This document shows positions 59,792 through 64,000 of a stretch of 64,000 bases of DNA, piece after piece (position 1 is the first letter of the stretch; each line of letters begins with the position of its first letter). The position numbers and the translations under genes were made by a program. The notes under the pieces are model-generated. The model saw only the letters and a list, made by a program, of their open reading frames with translations. It did no database searches and was not told the DNA's origin. Source of the DNA: an uncultured Bacteriovoracaceae bacterium (GTDB taxonomy: Bacteria; Bdellovibrionota; Bacteriovoracia; Bacteriovoracales; Bacteriovoracaceae); NCBI GenBank assembly GCA_964012805.1, contig CAXGUD010000019.1, forward strand, positions 1 to 64,000, written 5' to 3'.

Positions 59792-60617
59792 GGTAGAAGT
59801 CCTTCATCATCTTTGCGTCAACTTCAAGGTTTGGGCTATTGCAGATGATATAACCCTTACAATCGAAGTCCTTTAATGCCCTAATAAGTTCTTGCCAATT
59901 GAAGCTTGAACTTTCAAGGTTTAGATGCTTCAGGTCACCTTTAGAGTTTGAACTGATGCCGGAAATATGAATATGCATATTATCCAGAGCAGCTCTGCCA
60001 AGTTCTTCCTTAAGTCGCTCCAAAACGTGAGTAAACTCTTCGTATGTATTGTACTTTCCTGTTCTTGCAAATAAATGGGAGAAGTCCATACATGGAGAAC
60101 ATGAGTTTACTGACTTTGTCAGGCTAATTAGTTCTTGAAGAGAGCCAAATTGGCTTGTTTTTCCTGTCAGTTCAGGCCTTAGTTCAATTTCAATATCAAG
60201 CCTGCCAAGTCTTTCCTCAATGACGTTTAAGCTTTTTTCGACAAGGTCAAATACGTCATACGGGGAGTCTTTCATATAAAATGCAGCATGAAATGTCATA
60301 GATTCAGCACCGCATAGGTCAGATATTTTTGCTGTTTGAATAATTCTTTCTACAGAAGAGTCAATCTTGTCTTGCTCTCTTGCATTTAAGTTAATGTAAT
60401 AAGGGCCATGAGAGGTCAGAGGAACACCTAATTCAAATGAAGCTTTCCTGAGGCCAGAAGAGACCTCTTCTTTCATTCTTACGCCATGCGCAAACTCGAG
60501 TTGCATGCAATCAAGATCTAATGCACGAATTTGTTTAACACCTTCAATAGGGTTGTTTTTACGAGGAGTTGAGTTGGGAACTCCTGCTGTTCCAAAAAGG
60601 AGTCTGTTAAAATTCAT
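59781..60617 (-). CDS. Endonuclease IV-like TIM-barrel protein (archaeal-type)
   Basis: FGTAGVP, HGPYYINLN, FHAAFY, RPELTGKTSQFGSLQE, DFSHLFAR, HIHISGI; start moved to MNFNR. Confidence 0.85.
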   Translation of the reverse strand: MNFNRLLFGTAGVPNSTPRKNNPIEGVKQIRALDLDCMQLEFAHGVRMKEEVSSGLRKASFELGVPLTSHGPYYINLNAREQDKIDSSVERIIQTAKISDLCGAESMTFHAAFYMKDSPYDVFDLVEKSLNVIEERLGRLDIEIELRPELTGKTSQFGSLQELISLTKSVNSCSPCMDFSHLFARTGKYNTYEEFTHVLERLKEELGRAALDNMHIHISGISSNSKGDLKHLNLESSSFNWQELIRALKDFDCKGYIICNSPNLEVDAKMMKDFYLTL

Positions 60618-60755
60618 GTGAAATAGCCCTTCTGAAAAGTTAGATACTATGTCCATTAATAATTCAGCCTGAATGCGTTATAGCTCTTTTACAATGTATT
60701 GTCTATAATTTCATAGGTAAAGTGTAATAAAGTAAAGCAAGTTGGTTCATTTTTT

Positions 60756-61604
60756 ATGGTAGTTATTCAAATCTTTGTACTTGTAGTATTTTTGTGCATA
60801 GCATTTTCTGTGCCGATTTCCATTGGCTTTTTGGCATTACCTAATGATGGAATGCTTGCGATCTTAGGGCTACTCGCCTGTTTTGTGGCCTTAGTTCTTG
60901 GGCTAGGAGACCGGATGCTGCTTTTTTTCTTGAAGGCAGAACCACTAAAAAAGGAACATTTTATTAATGATATATTGGATAGATACTCTCTTCTCTTTAG
61001 GCAGAAAGAAAAAAGAGTCTATTTAGTGGAAGGTTATAGTAATTGTTATGTATTAAAATCACTTTTTAGCGATTCAATTCTCGTCCTGGATAAAAGGTTG
61101 TTAGAAAGTTTATCGAATGAAGAATTAGAGGCAGTTCTTTTCTTAACATGTGTAAAATCTAGAGGCTCTAAAGTTGCACTTAACTTTTCTTTTCAGGCTT
61201 TGAAGAGCTTAAGTTTTCTACCTCTTCTTTTTTTGAAAAAAGGATCCAGTTTATATAAGGCTACTAATATTCTTCTAACTTTTATTCTATATCCACTTAA
61301 AATTATGGATGTTTTAATATTTAGGAGACCAACAAAAATTATTGAAGATGATTTGGAGGTTGCAAATAAAAGTTATTTAGGTAGATCATTAGCTTCAGCT
61401 ATTTTTAAAATCTCTCAATTAAACTTGAGTAAGAAAAGTAAGAGGGCTGATATTTTGGAAAGGATGATAGAAGGACTTGCGATTTTAGAAGACAGTAGGT
61501 ACGATGCGTTGAGATCGGTCTCAGGACCTTGTTTGCTACCTATGTCTAGGTTTAAGGCTCTTATTGATGAAGTTGATGATTCAAAAGCTCAAAAAACACC
61601 TTAA
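60756..61604 (+). CDS. HtpX/M48-like membrane protein lacking HEXXH
   Basis: Two N-terminal TMs, NCYV..ILVLDKRLLESLSNEELEAVL, LASAIFKI; no HEXXH. Confidence 0.6.
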   Translation: MVVIQIFVLVVFLCIAFSVPISIGFLALPNDGMLAILGLLACFVALVLGLGDRMLLFFLKAEPLKKEHFINDILDRYSLLFRQKEKRVYLVEGYSNCYVLKSLFSDSILVLDKRLLESLSNEELEAVLFLTCVKSRGSKVALNFSFQALKSLSFLPLLFLKKGSSLYKATNILLTFILYPLKIMDVLIFRRPTKIIEDDLEVANKSYLGRSLASAIFKISQLNLSKKSKRADILERMIEGLAILEDSRYDALRSVSGPCLLPMSRFKALIDEVDDSKAQKTP

Positions 61605-63468
61605 CTTTAAGATAATTGAAACAAACTCTCTTTATCCTTTTTTATTCACTTTATTTTTTGTTTTTCTTACATTCCAATACCCATTTAGCACTCTTGAATC
61701 GATATTTTATGATTTTAGGGTAAGGAACGACTTAGGCTTTTTTTCTAAAAGCCAGATTGTGGTTATCACCATGGATGAAGAAAGTGATGAGTTTTTGGGC
61801 GAACAATATCCCTATACTTACGCTAGTCACCATAGGCTGTTTTCCAAGTTTTTAAATGAGAAGCCTAAGATAATTAATTACTTATTAAATCCTCTTGGTC
61901 CCGAGTCAGAAATGGATGGGAAAAACTTTATTAAGTTTAAGAAGGCCATTGAGAGTTTTAAATCTGCAGGAGGTTACTTTAGGTTTGGTGTAAAAATGGA
62001 TGTTTGGGGAGAACAATATCCACCCATTGGTTTAAAAGAGTTTGGCTATTCTTTGGCAGTGTTAAATCGAGATGATCTTGAATTTTCAAAAGATAAAGTT
62101 GTAAGAAGAGCTATTCTTAATATTTCTGGAGATGATACTCTCCACATGTGGACTGCTAACAAGTATAGAAAATTTTTAGGTAAAAATAAGTTAGAATCGC
62201 ATAACTTAAAGGGAGCGTTTTACCAAAGAGACCTAGATGCTACTGTTGTTTCTTTTCGATACTCGTCTTCTCCAATGGAGAAAGATAAAAGAATTATAAA
62301 GATTCCATTTCATAAAGTTGTGGTGGGTAATTTTCCCAAAGGCTTTTTTAAAGATAAAATAGTAATTGTTGGCCCAAGTTATATATCTAACTCTGGAGAC
62401 TACTCATTTACTCCTTTTGATCGAGAAAACCTCAAAGCACCCAATATTTTTCTTCACAGTCTTATGATTCAATCTTTGGTTGAAAATAAAACTGTTATCC
62501 CAATACCAAAGACTTTTACCTATATTTTTTCTTTATTGATAGTTTTGTTTTTGTCGATTTTTATAAACAAGGCTCAGCCGACAAGTGGACTAATAATTAC
62601 GATTTCTCTAATGTTTGGGATTCTTTTGTTTTCTTTTTGTGTATTTTCAATTTTTGGCTTCTGGGTTTATACAACCCATCTCATCATGTCCATATTTATT
62701 GTCTACTATATCTGGGTACCTTTTAGGGCAATTGCAGAATATAAAACAAGGTTTGCAATCCAAGAAGAAGCAAAATTAATTAAAGAGGTTGAAAGCCTTA
62801 AACAAAACTTTATTTCGCTTATGAGCCATGACCTAAAAACCCCAGTAGCCAAAATATCTGGCATGGTTGACATCATTATGATGCAAGTTAGAGGTCAGGC
62901 TGAAATTGAAAATAATTTAAAAATGGTTATGGATTCAACTAAGGAGTTAAATAACTTTATTACTTCAATTCTAGACTTGACCAAAATTGAGTCTAGTAAA
63001 TTGAACCTCCAAAAGACCTCAAAAGATGTTAACCAAATAGTCAGCTCTGTTGTCGAAGGTTTTAAATTTGAGGCTGAGAGAAAACAGATTAAACTTAACA
63101 CCGAGTTGGCTCCTCTTTATCCAATAAAAATAGACGTTAATTTGTTTAGGCGCATAGCGTCTAACTTGATCGAAAATGCTATAAAATACAGTGGAAAGGG
63201 TAAAGTTGTTGACATAAAAACTTGGGATGATGAAAAGTGGGTCTATATCGAAGTTATCGATAATGGAGTAGGGATAGGACAGAACGATATTAAGAGAGTT
63301 TTTGATAGATTTTATAGAGTGAAAAACGATGCTAGTCACAGTATTAAAGGAACTGGGCTAGGTTTATATCTAGTGAAATATTTTGTTGAGCTTCATGGTG
63401 GAAAAATATCTGTGGAATCTGAGTTAGGCAGAGGAACTCAATTCAAAGTTCAGCTTTTAAATGTCTGA
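61564..63468 (+). CDS. CHASE2-domain sensor histidine kinase
   Basis: FYDFR..IVVITMDEES, DKVVRR, KDKIVIVG, TMs, H-box SHDLKTP, NLIENAIKYS, DNGVGI, GTGLGLY. Confidence 0.93.
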   Translation: MMKLMIQKLKKHLNFKIIETNSLYPFLFTLFFVFLTFQYPFSTLESIFYDFRVRNDLGFFSKSQIVVITMDEESDEFLGEQYPYTYASHHRLFSKFLNEKPKIINYLLNPLGPESEMDGKNFIKFKKAIESFKSAGGYFRFGVKMDVWGEQYPPIGLKEFGYSLAVLNRDDLEFSKDKVVRRAILNISGDDTLHMWTANKYRKFLGKNKLESHNLKGAFYQRDLDATVVSFRYSSSPMEKDKRIIKIPFHKVVVGNFPKGFFKDKIVIVGPSYISNSGDYSFTPFDRENLKAPNIFLHSLMIQSLVENKTVIPIPKTFTYIFSLLIVLFLSIFINKAQPTSGLIITISLMFGILLFSFCVFSIFGFWVYTTHLIMSIFIVYYIWVPFRAIAEYKTRFAIQEEAKLIKEVESLKQNFISLMSHDLKTPVAKISGMVDIIMMQVRGQAEIENNLKMVMDSTKELNNFITSILDLTKIESSKLNLQKTSKDVNQIVSSVVEGFKFEAERKQIKLNTELAPLYPIKIDVNLFRRIASNLIENAIKYSGKGKVVDIKTWDDEKWVYIEVIDNGVGIGQNDIKRVFDRFYRVKNDASHSIKGTGLGLYLVKYFVELHGGKISVESELGRGTQFKVQLLNV

Positions 63469-63492
63469 TTTAAAAATTTAGGAGATAGGCAC

Positions 63493-64000
63493 ATGCATAG
63501 GGTGTTAGTAGTTGATGATGATAAAGTTTTACAGGAGTCTGTTAAACAAGCTTTAGAGTTTCACCATTTTAAAGTAGATGTCGCAGACAATGGTAAGCAG
63601 GCCATAAGCGCTGTTTACAGAGAAAAATATGACCTTGTCGTTATGGATGTCAATATGCCTGAGATGGATGGCATAGAAGCATTAAGTGAAATAAAAAAGT
63701 ATGATCCAACAATTATAGTACTTATTTTAACTGCATACTCTAATGTAGGTGATGCTGTTAAAGTTGTTAAGGAAGGTGCCTATAATTATCTTGAAAAGCC
63801 TATTAGTGCCGAAAACTTAGTTGCCTTGATCAAAAGGGCCTTAAAAGCAAGGTCCTTAGTTGAAACATCTGCCTTTTCTGCCCCAAGCTTGTCACTTGGC
63901 CAAAACACTGAAGATAAATTTGTTGGCCAGTCTGACGTAATGAAAAAAGTTTTTAATGTGATTTCTAAACTTGCTAAGGTGAATACCCCGGTTCTAATTA
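63493..64000 (+). CDS. Sigma54-dependent (NtrC-family) response regulator, 3' truncated by window end
   Basis: Own translation MHRVLVVDDD..MDVNMPEMDG..LTAY..GAYNYLEKP..FVGQSDVMKKVFNVISKLAKVNTPVLI; AGGAG RBS. Confidence 0.92.
   Translation, partial: MHRVLVVDDDKVLQESVKQALEFHHFKVDVADNGKQAISAVYREKYDLVVMDVNMPEMDGIEALSEIKKYDPTIIVLILTAYSNVGDAVKVVKEGAYNYLEKPISAENLVALIKRALKARSLVETSAFSAPSLSLGQNTEDKFVGQSDVMKKVFNVISKLAKVNTPVLI

Overview
Chromosomal origin region of an AT-rich bacterium. Gene order and protein style (parAB-bactofilin-atpF'FHAGDC, many orphan beta-barrels) suggest Bdellovibrionota/Bacteriovoracia; this is inference only. The window runs: oriC-like DnaA-box cluster (1-300), dnaA (-), rpmH-rnpA-yidD-yidC-mnmE-mnmG-rsmG-parA-parB-bactofilin, partial ATP synthase operon, an AT-rich block (hypotheticals, patatin, glpK), def-fmt-rpe-hutHUI, galU, priA, PBP1, tRNA-Gln-prs-pth-ychF, slt, mrp, etfBA, folK, deoxynucleoside kinase, LysM/AmgK/MurU cluster, an archaeal-type EndoIV homologue and a CHASE2 kinase/NtrC-type regulator pair. 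No mobile element, rRNA or CRISPR array was seen. The most unusual signal is three tandem 16-bp palindromes (TGGTCCTATAGGACCA, one extended to a perfect 34-bp palindrome) in frame inside mnmE, near canonical-type parS sites. Other notable points: an unannotated Flp-like prepilin with no canonical start codon, a FliA-type promoter ahead of a large secreted orphan, and three apparent pseudo-enzymes.
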